A stretch of DNA of 64,000 bases from an uncultured virus (IMG/VR IMGVR_UViG_3300027793_000005) (taxonomy: Duplodnaviria > Heunggongvirae > Uroviricota > Caudoviricetes), in the IMG/VR virus record IMGVR_UViG_3300027793_000005; one strand, written 5' to 3'. The notes beneath the pieces were generated by a model. The model searched no databases and was not told where the DNA came from. It was given only the letters and a program-made list of their open reading frames with translations. The position numbers and the translations under genes are program-made. Of this stretch, positions 26,513 to 33,983 are shown piece by piece. The first letter of the stretch is position 1, and each line of letters starts with the position of its first letter.

Positions 26513-27496
26513 ATGCGCAAGTCAAAGACTGCTTTCAATATCGAAGAGATGTTCCTTGAGGGTCAGCACACCCCGGAGACCATGCGAGAGTTCGCATCTT
26601 CGCAACTGTTCCCCATCGCAGCGGCTATCTACAGCGCATGCAACAAGCAGACCCGGATCGGTAAGATCACGAAAGACTTTCGTAGAGTTCATCGCGCTAA
26701 CATCCTGACGGTGAACGGGTTCATGGTAGCGGTTATCACCTACGACGGCGACGAATTTGAAGTGTGTCACCCCATACGCAGCACTGAAGACGCGATCGGG
26801 GCTTGCTGGATCAAGTCCAAGAGTTCTGGTTACATCCGTAACAAACTGCTTAAAGATACAGAGCATCCCGCGTATCGGATCCGTGAAACGGTTAAAGAAG
26901 CAGACCACAGTGTTTCTAGTGCAGTGCGGTATACGCTTGACCAGTCAATAGACAGGATTATGGGGGCCGGGGTGTCTCGACGTCCCGAGATCGAACTGTC
27001 CAAACCTGTCACGGCGTTCCTGTCGGACGTAGTGATGGGTAAAGCCTCCATGTCTGAAATGTCATGCGATATGAGAACCGAATTTGAGGACAGATACGCG
27101 GCGTATACCCACATGACCGCCAAGTTCGACGAGGCTGTTGATCGGGTCAAGGACATGTTTGGCAACGGCAAATGGGCATATATCCCGGACATCAACGGTG
27201 GCGTGGTACTAGGCGGACTCAGTTCTGAGGGTGCGGTAAAAGCCCTCGATCTTTATAAGCGTGGCTCCGCGCTGCCGTGGTATCACACCCACAATCTTGC
27301 GACGTTTGACATCGCACCCAAGTGGTACCCGTCTCATGAGGCTATCCCCGAAGAGTACCGTTGTGAAGTTGACTACGCTCTGCTGATGCTAAAAGCACAC
27401 AGGAACTCGGATGCGCTTTTCCCTTCCGTCTTCCATGAGATCTGGGCAGACATCGGGGCCAGTATGGATAACTCGACGCTGCTCCTGCCGAGGTGA
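26513..27496 (+). CDS. Hypothetical protein, 327 aa
   Basis: AAGAGG RBS before ATG 26513. Confidence 0.7.
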   Translation: MRKSKTAFNIEEMFLEGQHTPETMREFASSQLFPIAAAIYSACNKQTRIGKITKDFRRVHRANILTVNGFMVAVITYDGDEFEVCHPIRSTEDAIGACWIKSKSSGYIRNKLLKDTEHPAYRIRETVKEADHSVSSAVRYTLDQSIDRIMGAGVSRRPEIELSKPVTAFLSDVVMGKASMSEMSCDMRTEFEDRYAAYTHMTAKFDEAVDRVKDMFGNGKWAYIPDINGGVVLGGLSSEGAVKALDLYKRGSALPWYHTHNLATFDIAPKWYPSHEAIPEEYRCEVDYALLMLKAHRNSDALFPSVFHEIWADIGASMDNSTLLLPR

Positions 27497-27499
27497 GTC

Positions 27500-27844
27500 G
27501 TGAATGTCTATGCGTATATACAAGACGGGAATCTCCGCGTAGGTCTTCGGAGCGAACCCAGCCCATCACAAGGATTACAAGGCACGATAGTCCGTATCTT
27601 CCCGCTCGACAACCTGCCGGATTGTCTGAGACTACAACTTGCGATGGTGCATGCGTTTGACTGGGAACCGATACTTGAGGTGATGAAAGACTGGAGGAAT
27701 ACCGTAGTCAATAAGAATGTATGCCCGATCTGGTACCCCAAGGAGTGCAAGCACATCGGGTGGATGTTGTCCAAGACCGAATACATCTTGATATTGCCTG
27801 ATGAAGCGGTCGATAAGTTGCTTAAGGAGCCACCTTATGATTAA
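27500..27844 (+). CDS. Hypothetical protein
   Basis: GAGG RBS; LP..L..QLAM motif. Confidence 0.6.
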   Translation: MNVYAYIQDGNLRVGLRSEPSPSQGLQGTIVRIFPLDNLPDCLRLQLAMVHAFDWEPILEVMKDWRNTVVNKNVCPIWYPKECKHIGWMLSKTEYILILPDEAVDKLLKEPPYD

Positions 27845-27885
27845 GTACAGCGTATTAAATAATACGCTGCGCTACATGAGGGAAC

Positions 27886-28167
27886 ATGACTCCAGAGAGC
27901 AAGGTCAAAGCGAAGGTGAAGAAGATACTGCTTGATCTCGGCGCGTACTATTCGATGCCAGTGACCGGGGGCTACGGCAACAGCGGCGTCCCTGATTACT
28001 TGGTTTGTCACAACGGGAGATTCTATGGTATAGAGTGCAAGGCAAACGGTGGTAAGCCCACCGCGCTTCAGTTGAAGCACCTCGATGACATCCGCAAGGC
28101 GGGTGGAGTCGCATTAGTGATCGATGAAACAAACGTAGAGACCCTACGCAAGGAGTTGGAAAAATGA
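27886..28167 (+). CDS. VRR-NUC domain nuclease
   Basis: TPE.KVK, GVPD, F.GIECKA, PT.LQ, GG.A.V; preceded by palindrome 27851-27866. Confidence 0.88.
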   Translation: MTPESKVKAKVKKILLDLGAYYSMPVTGGYGNSGVPDYLVCHNGRFYGIECKANGGKPTALQLKHLDDIRKAGGVALVIDETNVETLRKELEK

Positions 28168-28649
28168 AGACGAAGAAAGAGAAGATCCTCGCTGCTCTGG
28201 CTGCTGGTCAGGACGCTGCGACGGTGGCCAAGAAGTTCGGCGTGTCGAAGTCGTACGTGTACGTCACGCGGTGGAAGGCCAACAAGAAGAAGCCCGCCAA
28301 GAAGAAGGCGGGGAAGAAGGAGAACCGCATCGAGTGGAAGCCGTTAGAGACGAAGTTGGAATCCATCCGTGAGAGCGGTGAGATGTTCAAGTGGGTGGAC
28401 CTCCCGGCAGAGGCTGAGATTCCCCAGACCGACAAGAAGATCGACCCCGTCAACAGCCCGCCACACTACACGGCAGGGGGCATCGAGACCATCGACTTCA
28501 TCGAAGCCAAGGACCTCAACTATCGTCTTGGCAATGTGGTGAAGTACCTCAGCCGTGCCGGGAAGAAGGTGGACGGTGACCCCATCACCGACCTTGAGAA
28601 GGCCAAGTGGTATCTCGACCGTGAGATCGCTACACGGAAGGGTGCGTGA
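28164..28649 (+). CDS. HTH plus DUF3310 (SaV-like) protein
   Basis: N-terminal VAKKFGVSKSYVY HTH; DPVN.P.HY..GGIETIDFI...GNVVKY..RAG.K...DL.KA.WYL. Confidence 0.85.
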   Translation: MKTKKEKILAALAAGQDAATVAKKFGVSKSYVYVTRWKANKKKPAKKKAGKKENRIEWKPLETKLESIRESGEMFKWVDLPAEAEIPQTDKKIDPVNSPPHYTAGGIETIDFIEAKDLNYRLGNVVKYLSRAGKKVDGDPITDLEKAKWYLDREIATRKGA

Positions 28650-28771
28650 TGTTCCGGGCCATCAGGTGGTGGTGGCTCACACGAAAGGCCGATGCTAAAC
28701 GGGAGTGGGGGCGTGTCCCCCCTCCCAACTGGGCCTGTTCACGCAAGAGGACAGGTGGGGACTATTGGTAA
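28649..28771 (+). CDS. 40-aa Trp-rich peptide
   Basis: TGATG coupling; fills the gap to the next RBS. Confidence 0.5.
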   Translation: MFRAIRWWWLTRKADAKREWGRVPPPNWACSRKRTGGDYW

Positions 28772-28783
28772 GGAGGATTCACT

Positions 28784-29023
28784 GTGGAAAGACCGAGCGA
28801 ATACACCCTCGACCGCAAGAACCGGGAGATCAAGGAACTGCGGCGCGATAACTATGACCTGCGTGATGCGATCTGTCGTAAGGACATGGAACTGCGGGAA
28901 ATGAAGCACCGGCTGGAAGAAGCAGATAGCACCACGATTTTCTTGGGGATCGCGTTTGCCGTGACCCTCATCGCGTTCATCATCCTTGCGCTACACGCAC
29001 TGACCATTTCAAGGGGGGCATGA
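28784..29023 (+). CDS. Coiled-coil protein with C-terminal TM helix
   Basis: AAGGAGG RBS. Confidence 0.65.
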   Translation: MERPSEYTLDRKNREIKELRRDNYDLRDAICRKDMELREMKHRLEEADSTTIFLGIAFAVTLIAFIILALHALTISRGA

Positions 29024-29024
29024 C

Positions 29025-29237
29025 ATGACCACGCAATATCAACCTGACCTGTTCGATGACGAGTGGGACAAGATGGCGCATACTCCGACAGAGTACCGCG
29101 CCGAGATCCGGCAACTGCGTGAGCGGTGCTACAAGTACGCCAAAGAGTCGGAGGAACTGCGTGAGGTTGTGAAGAACCTCCGCGCTGACTTGGATGCCCT
29201 GAGCAGTGAGATGGAGCGCATGGAGAGACAACGATGA
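29025..29237 (+). CDS. Coiled-coil hypothetical protein
   Basis: Coupled ORF. Confidence 0.65.
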   Translation: MTTQYQPDLFDDEWDKMAHTPTEYRAEIRQLRERCYKYAKESEELREVVKNLRADLDALSSEMERMERQR

Positions 29238-29446
29238 GCAACATCAACGACGGCAGTTCGCTGTCTCCGGTTACGCACTACCATGTCGCCGTGCAAGGCA
29301 TCCCCCTGCGCGACTGGTTCGCGGGGCAGGCGTTGGCGGGGTTGATATCGGTTGACGGTTTAGACGCTGAAACGGCTTCTTGGCAGGCTTACCAATACGC
29401 CGACGCCATGCTGCGGTCGCGTGACAAGCGGGAGTTGAAGCCGTGA
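29234..29446 (+). CDS. Phage small protein (G..LRDWFAGQALAG...AY..ADAML family)
   Basis: Recurrent phage motif. Confidence 0.75.
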   Translation: MSNINDGSSLSPVTHYHVAVQGIPLRDWFAGQALAGLISVDGLDAETASWQAYQYADAMLRSRDKRELKP

Positions 29447-29670
29447 TTGCCGCATTCAGGAAGTGGAGAGCCGAACGCGCCGAAAGGCGTAAGGAGAAGT
29501 TGCACATCGCAGGCTACGACTGGGCTGCGGGGGCGTTGCTTCGCGGTACCGCAGAGTATGAGTTGACCTCGTACACGGACAACCCGTTCGACCGCAATGA
29601 GTTTGATTACGGAGCGCAGGAAGCGATGCGCGACTTTGCCATGCTTCGGGCGCGGGAGGTGAAGCCGTGA
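29443..29670 (+). CDS. Cassette gene, hypothetical (GYDWAAG.LL...FD.G)
   Basis: Bounded by linker repeats. Confidence 0.65.
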   Translation: MIAAFRKWRAERAERRKEKLHIAGYDWAAGALLRGTAEYELTSYTDNPFDRNEFDYGAQEAMRDFAMLRAREVKP

Positions 29671-29912
29671 GCAAACAACCTGACGCACTTGGGTACGCAG
29701 TCTGCTTGGATGCACGGGGATTTGCAGCGGAAGCCGCCGAACTGCGCCGCCTTCATGCGGTGAACGCGGAACTGTTGGAGAGGTTGAAGGTGGTTGCTTG
29801 GACGCTAAACCTTGTGCATCCCTACGGCGTACCCGAGTTTCTGCATGAGGGAAGCGCATTTAGGAAAAGCATCATTGCCGCCATCGAAAAGGCAGAGGAG
29901 GTGAAGCCGTGA
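29667..29912 (+). CDS. Cassette gene (QP.AL...AAAELRRLH family)
   Basis: Paralog of 30067-30294. Confidence 0.7.
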   Translation: MSKQPDALGYAVCLDARGFAAEAAELRRLHAVNAELLERLKVVAWTLNLVHPYGVPEFLHEGSAFRKSIIAAIEKAEEVKP

Positions 29913-30070
29913 CAGAAGAAGAACTCAAGTTTGTATGGCGGCAGGTGGGTTTTGCGGTGGCGTATGCGCTGCTCCCCATTGGTTTCGTTATTCTTGCTGT
30001 GCTTTTCCCGTGGCTGTTTTTGCTTGAGAGAGTGAATATCGCGCTTAAGGCGCGGGAGGTGAAGCCGTGA
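29909..30070 (+). CDS. Cassette gene, 53-aa membrane protein
   Basis: Not in track; runs linker to linker (MTEEELKF...AREVKP). Confidence 0.65.
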   Translation: MTEEELKFVWRQVGFAVAYALLPIGFVILAVLFPWLFLLERVNIALKAREVKP

Positions 30071-30294
30071 GCGAACAACCCGAAGCCCTGCGGCTGGCGC
30101 ATTTGCTGACGGTGTTGAGCGATTCCGTTTTTGCTGCCGAAGCCGCCGCCGAACTGCGCCGCCTGCACAGCGTGAACGCGGATCTGTTGGAGGCGTTGCG
30201 TTTGTTTGCCGGTGACAATGTGACGCATACCGAAGGCGAACGCATGGAAGCCGCCCGCGCCGCCATCGCCCGTGCAGAGGAGGTGAGGCCGTGA
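30067..30294 (+). CDS. Cassette gene (QP.AL...AAAELRRLH family)
   Basis: Paralog of 29667-29912. Confidence 0.7.
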   Translation: MSEQPEALRLAHLLTVLSDSVFAAEAAAELRRLHSVNADLLEALRLFAGDNVTHTEGERMEAARAAIARAEEVRP

Positions 30295-30368
30295 GCGCAC
30301 TCGAACGGATGCTAGCGTGGGTCTGGCGCAGGTTTATGGCGTGGGGATCAAAGGAGGTGGAGCCGTGA
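30291..30368 (+). CDS. Cassette mini-gene, 25 aa (MSALERMLAWVWRRFMAWGSKEVEP)
   Basis: In frame from linker to linker. Confidence 0.5.
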   Translation: MSALERMLAWVWRRFMAWGSKEVEP

Positions 30369-30724
30369 GCGACCGTGAATTGCTTGAACTCGCAGCGAAG
30401 GCGGCGGGGATTCTGCCGCTACCCGACGGCAAGGAATTGGATGCTGCACCCGATGGTGGCCTGATGATTTGCGGCGGGGGCGAGGTTAAATATTGGAACC
30501 CCCTCACCGACGACGGCGATGCGCTGCGGTTGGCGGTGAAGTGCGAAATGAGCCTTGACCTGTTTGATGACCTTATCCGCGTCGGGTACACGCTGCCAGA
30601 TGAAAGCCTGCGCCCTGCCGACCGCACCGCTGATGTTGTCGAATCGCCAAAGGCAGACCCCTGCGCCGCCACCCGCCGCGCCATCGTCCGCGCTGCTGCC
30701 GAGATCGGGAGGAACATGCCATGA
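30365..30724 (+). CDS. Phage protein (DRELLELAAKAAG...WNPL.DDGDALRLAV...ATRRAIVRAAAEIG family)
   Basis: Recurrent phage motif; GTG 30365 in linker. Confidence 0.75.
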   Translation: MSDRELLELAAKAAGILPLPDGKELDAAPDGGLMICGGGEVKYWNPLTDDGDALRLAVKCEMSLDLFDDLIRVGYTLPDESLRPADRTADVVESPKADPCAATRRAIVRAAAEIGRNMP

Positions 30725-30900
30725 GCCGTTGGATTTGGTGGCATCTCATGAACTGGCTTGGCTACCGCCGAGTGTTGTATCTGCCGAGTGTCAGAGGGCT
30801 ACCGTTGGCCGACTTTTATAAGTGGGAATACGCGCCAAGCCTTGCAAAGCGCGACTACACCGAACGCAATTTTCCATTTGAGATGTTCTGGGGGAAATGA
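30721..30900 (+). CDS. 59-aa aromatic-rich protein
   Basis: Not in track; ATGA coupling, GGAGG RBS. Confidence 0.55.
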   Translation: MSRWIWWHLMNWLGYRRVLYLPSVRGLPLADFYKWEYAPSLAKRDYTERNFPFEMFWGK

Positions 30901-30901
30901 C

Positions 30902-31204
30902 ATGACCGACCACATCACCCTGCCCCGCGCTGTGGGCGAAGAAATGCGGGATGCGCTGACTTGCGGAAAGTCTGGTCGCCATTGGTGCCCGCACTGCGAT
31001 GATTATGTGGACAACTTCCGAGACGCCCTCGACGCCGCGCTCGCGGAGCCGGAGCCGGAGAGCAAGACCCCCGCATGGTGGATGGATGGACTGACAGTAA
31101 CCCTGATGCGCGAGGGCGTGAACAAGCACCGCGCTAGAGAGATTGCCATCGGGTATTGGGAAGCGTATTGCCAGATACCGGGGAACGAAGAGGACAAGAC
31201 ATGA
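30902..31204 (+). CDS. Cassette gene (MTD.ITLPR family) with CPHC
   Basis: Shares N-terminus and ALAEP segment with 31201-31494. Confidence 0.65.
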   Translation: MTDHITLPRAVGEEMRDALTCGKSGRHWCPHCDDYVDNFRDALDAALAEPEPESKTPAWWMDGLTVTLMREGVNKHRAREIAIGYWEAYCQIPGNEEDKT

Positions 31205-31494
31205 CCGACACAATCACCCTGCCCCGCACTGCTGCCGAGAAGTTGGTGAAACTTGTGGCGCTGCCTGAGAACATAGATAAATTTTGGAAAGACAACGATT
31301 ATGCCGCCCTCGCCGCTCTTGCTGCCCTAGTTACCGCGCTCGCGGAGCCGGACGCCAAGCGGGAGCCTGCGACGGATGAGCAGGTGCATAAATGGTATTG
31401 GGATAACAATTTGTGGGGGCTGCGGCACGCTGAATTTCGTTACGGTTGGCGCGCCGCCGAGCGGTTCCACGGGATCAGAAAGGAGGACACATGA
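31201..31494 (+). CDS. Cassette gene (MTD.ITLPR family)
   Basis: EDKT linker start. Confidence 0.65.
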   Translation: MTDTITLPRTAAEKLVKLVALPENIDKFWKDNDYAALAALAALVTALAEPDAKREPATDEQVHKWYWDNNLWGLRHAEFRYGWRAAERFHGIRKEDT

Positions 31495-31721
31495 CACGCG
31501 AGGAAATTTTACCTTGTCCAATGTGTGGATCATCTGCGCGTTTAGATGCTACTGGTACTATTGAGTGCTACGGCAAAGACTGGCAGACACTTTTCATCGA
31601 ATGCACTAAAGATAAAGACGAGCATTGTGGAATGGAACTATCTCTGAATGCTGATTTCTGGAACCTGCTTAACGCACAAGACCAGTTGATTAAATGTTGG
31701 AATGGAGTGCATAGGAAATGA
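31491..31721 (+). CDS. Lar-like (restriction alleviation) zinc-ribbon protein
   Basis: LPCPMCG..A...I.C......CG...I..WN pattern of the Lar family. Confidence 0.55.
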   Translation: MTREEILPCPMCGSSARLDATGTIECYGKDWQTLFIECTKDKDEHCGMELSLNADFWNLLNAQDQLIKCWNGVHRK

Positions 31722-31942
31722 CACGCGAGGACATTATCAGAATTTACAATCAAGTTTCGGACGAATTGTGTGGCGGTAAGGAATGGGCTTGGACTGGCGT
31801 TGAAGAGCCGTTGCAACGCTTCGCCGCCCTCGTCGCAGCAATGCGGGACGCCCGAGCCTGTCGCATCGTGTATGGATTGTGCGCGTCGGATAACGAAGCG
31901 CAGCGGATTGTGGATGCGATCAAAAAGGAGGACAAGACATGA
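31718..31942 (+). CDS. Cassette gene (MTREDI...RFAALVA family)
   Basis: Paralog of next gene. Confidence 0.65.
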   Translation: MTREDIIRIYNQVSDELCGGKEWAWTGVEEPLQRFAALVAAMRDARACRIVYGLCASDNEAQRIVDAIKKEDKT

Positions 31943-32238
31943 CACGCGAGGACATCATGCACATGGCGAGGGAGGCGGGAGTACGGATGGACTACACATT
32001 CGACTCCGGCACGACACGCTGGATTTTGCATCCGTCGCTGATACGCTTCGCCGCCCTTGTCGCAGAGGCCGAGCGAGCAGCCGAGCGGGAGGCGTGTAAA
32101 CAAATCGCAAAAGAGCAGGCCGCGCAGTACAAAGTGGGCGGCGCATTGCAGATGGTGATGGAGAAGTATTCTGCTCAGGCCGCTGCGTCTGCTTGCGGGC
32201 ACATCGCGCATCTTATTGAGCAGAGGGGGAGCAAGTGA
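31939..32238 (+). CDS. Cassette gene (MTREDI..MAREAG...RFAALVA..EREAC family)
   Basis: Recurrent phage motif. Confidence 0.7.
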   Translation: MTREDIMHMAREAGVRMDYTFDSGTTRWILHPSLIRFAALVAEAERAAEREACKQIAKEQAAQYKVGGALQMVMEKYSAQAAASACGHIAHLIEQRGSK

Positions 32239-32435
32239 CATGCCTACACCGCTTCTTCCTGCGGGACTTCGCGGCTAATTCCGAGCGCATCAGTGCAGAG
32301 ATTGGCGACGACTGGCGCGTGACTTGCGGGCATTGTGGTCAGGCGATTGCAGGAAGTTGGGTCGGTAAGAAAGAGCCTGTCGTACTGCGATGGTCGCAGG
32401 GAATGACTTGGTTCGGTGAGTTGGAGGTATCATGA
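32235..32435 (+). CDS. Small zinc-binding protein
   Basis: CLH...CGHCG; coupled. Confidence 0.55.
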   Translation: MTCLHRFFLRDFAANSERISAEIGDDWRVTCGHCGQAIAGSWVGKKEPVVLRWSQGMTWFGELEVS

Positions 32436-32602
32436 TCGACAGTACATCGCTGCATATATTCAGCGTCGTCTGGGATCTGATCGTCGTAGCGTGTACAGTC
32501 CTATGCATCTCGCTCTTCGTGGTCTGGCTCTACCGGGACAAAGAGCCGCCGCCGATCCCGAAGCGCAAGAAGAAATTCAACGACCCGTTGGAGGAGGAGT
32601 AA
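32432..32602 (+). CDS. 56-aa single-TM protein
   Basis: Not in track; ATGA coupling, GGAGG RBS. Confidence 0.55.
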   Translation: MIDSTSLHIFSVVWDLIVVACTVLCISLFVVWLYRDKEPPPIPKRKKKFNDPLEEE

Positions 32603-32604
32603 AC

Positions 32605-32844
32605 ATGAAAATTTCTGAAGAGACCGAGAGGTACCTCCGCAGAAAACAGTGGAGCATGGGCAACGGACAATGCGAAGAGTGCTGCGGACTGAGACCGGAC
32701 AAGGAATGGCACTACTGGAATCCGGTCACCAAAGAAGTCCGATACGAATACGACCAGATGGGGCACGACAAGAAGTGCAGGTTCGCAAAACTGATGAAAG
32801 AACTTGGGATTGACGTTGTGTACGCTGAGAGAAAAAGAACATGA
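32605..32844 (+). CDS. Zinc-binding protein (EWS-like QWS...CEEC...GH...C)
   Basis: GGAGGAG RBS before ATG 32605. Confidence 0.6.
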   Translation: MKISEETERYLRRKQWSMGNGQCEECCGLRPDKEWHYWNPVTKEVRYEYDQMGHDKKCRFAKLMKELGIDVVYAERKRT

Positions 32845-33095
32845 CCCACGACGAAGAACCGCTTGATCCGAACACGCTGTACGCTGATGGGTTTGAGAAA
32901 GCCCTGATCGGTCTTGGGTGGCAACACACCAAACTGATCGCCGTGTACGACTACAACAAGTGCGTGGAGATACTCATCCATGATCAAGAGATGACGCACG
33001 AAGAGGCCATCGAGTGGATGGAGTACAACGTGGTAGGCTCGTATGTCGGTGAGTACACACCGATCTTCTTGATCGGGGATGGTGATGGGTACTGA
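32841..33095 (+). CDS. Conserved phage protein (ADGF..A.IG...AVYD...EEA.EW..YN..G.Y.GE.TP.F)
   Basis: Recurrent motif. Confidence 0.75.
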   Translation: MTHDEEPLDPNTLYADGFEKALIGLGWQHTKLIAVYDYNKCVEILIHDQEMTHEEAIEWMEYNVVGSYVGEYTPIFLIGDGDGY

Positions 33096-33276
33096 AGAAG
33101 ACATCCTTGACTTGATCCGTGCGTTGCCGGGTGAGGTCAACAACACCGGGACCACGACCGAGTTCAAGTTCTTGACCGTTGGCAGCGTCCTCTGGGCATG
33201 CCATGATGAGATCAAGCGCCTACGTGCAGAAAACCAGAGGTTGAAGAGTGAAACCAAAACCAGAAAAAAGATGTAA
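33085..33276 (+). CDS. Hypothetical protein
   Basis: Overlapping coupled ORF ending EIKRLRAEN. Confidence 0.5.
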   Translation: MGTEEDILDLIRALPGEVNNTGTTTEFKFLTVGSVLWACHDEIKRLRAENQRLKSETKTRKKM

Positions 33277-33439
33277 GGAATGCAAGCGGCTGTTCGCCAA
33301 GCCCGAGGCGTTCCGTGTCCACAAACTGATAAGCGGACGTTGCCGCAACGAAGATGAGTTGAAAGCCGCTGGATACGCCCTGACCACAAAGGGGTGGCTC
33401 CACGGCATGGGTAAAAGTGTCAACAACAAAGGAGACTGA
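33248..33439 (+). CDS. Small C2H-C zinc-finger protein
   Basis: CKEC...F.....F..H......C. Confidence 0.6.
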   Translation: MKPKPEKRCKECKRLFAKPEAFRVHKLISGRCRNEDELKAAGYALTTKGWLHGMGKSVNNKGD

Positions 33440-33441
33440 AG

Positions 33442-33675
33442 ATGAGCAATCTGACTTATGACCAGCACTGTGAGAGAGACAACATTGTTCTTTCCACCAT
33501 TCAAAACATTGTGTGGGCAGTGACACACGCCAAGGGTAAAATGGACTTTCATGACAAAGTGTCTTTTAACTACCGCGTGTCGCACCTCTCCGACGAGGCC
33601 CGCCGTCAGGTGACGGAGGAAGTGCGGCAGGTGCTGCTGCTTCTGGAGGAGATGAACAAGAAGCGGGTGATGTGA
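33442..33675 (+). CDS. Hypothetical protein
   Basis: AGGAG RBS. Confidence 0.6.
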   Translation: MSNLTYDQHCERDNIVLSTIQNIVWAVTHAKGKMDFHDKVSFNYRVSHLSDEARRQVTEEVRQVLLLLEEMNKKRVM

Positions 33676-33679
33676 TCCG

Positions 33680-33711
33680 CAGGGGGCGGGACTGCCACCG
33701 CCCCTGTCTTT
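33680..33711 (+). terminator. Possible terminator hairpin
   Basis: CAGGGGGCGG/CCGCCCCTG stem followed by TCTTT. Confidence 0.55.
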
Positions 33712-33728
33712 CAAGAGGAGGTAGAGTG

Positions 33729-33983
33729 ATGTCATATCTGCGCGATGCCGCTGAAGCGGCGCTGAAGTTGTTGCACCCCGATCTGCAAGAGGCCCAAGCG
33801 CTTCGGGCAGCGATCACAATGGACCACTACACGTGTCCACGCCCGCCAGTCCGTAAGCCCCTGACCGACGAAGAACTCATTGCCATCGATAGGGGGATCA
33901 ATCCCCTCCTTCCTGTTGGCGTAGGCAAGTGGCGCTTCGCAAGGGAGATCGAGAAGGCACATGGTATTGGGGTGGAAGAATGA
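33729..33983 (+). CDS. Hypothetical protein (KPLTDEE...FAR.IE.AHGI family)
   Basis: GAGGAGG RBS. Confidence 0.65.
   Translation: MSYLRDAAEAALKLLHPDLQEAQALRAAITMDHYTCPRPPVRKPLTDEELIAIDRGINPLLPVGVGKWRFAREIEKAHGIGVEE

Noticed and set aside
16072..27866. Palindrome as a cyanobacterial NtcA box (GTA-N8-TAC), or as LexA/FNR/parS sites
   Set aside because: It fits GTA-N8-TAC formally, but conservation extends to CGTATTR and nothing suggests a cyanophage. It does not match the LexA, FNR or parS consensus sequences I know. A host regulator cannot be fully excluded.
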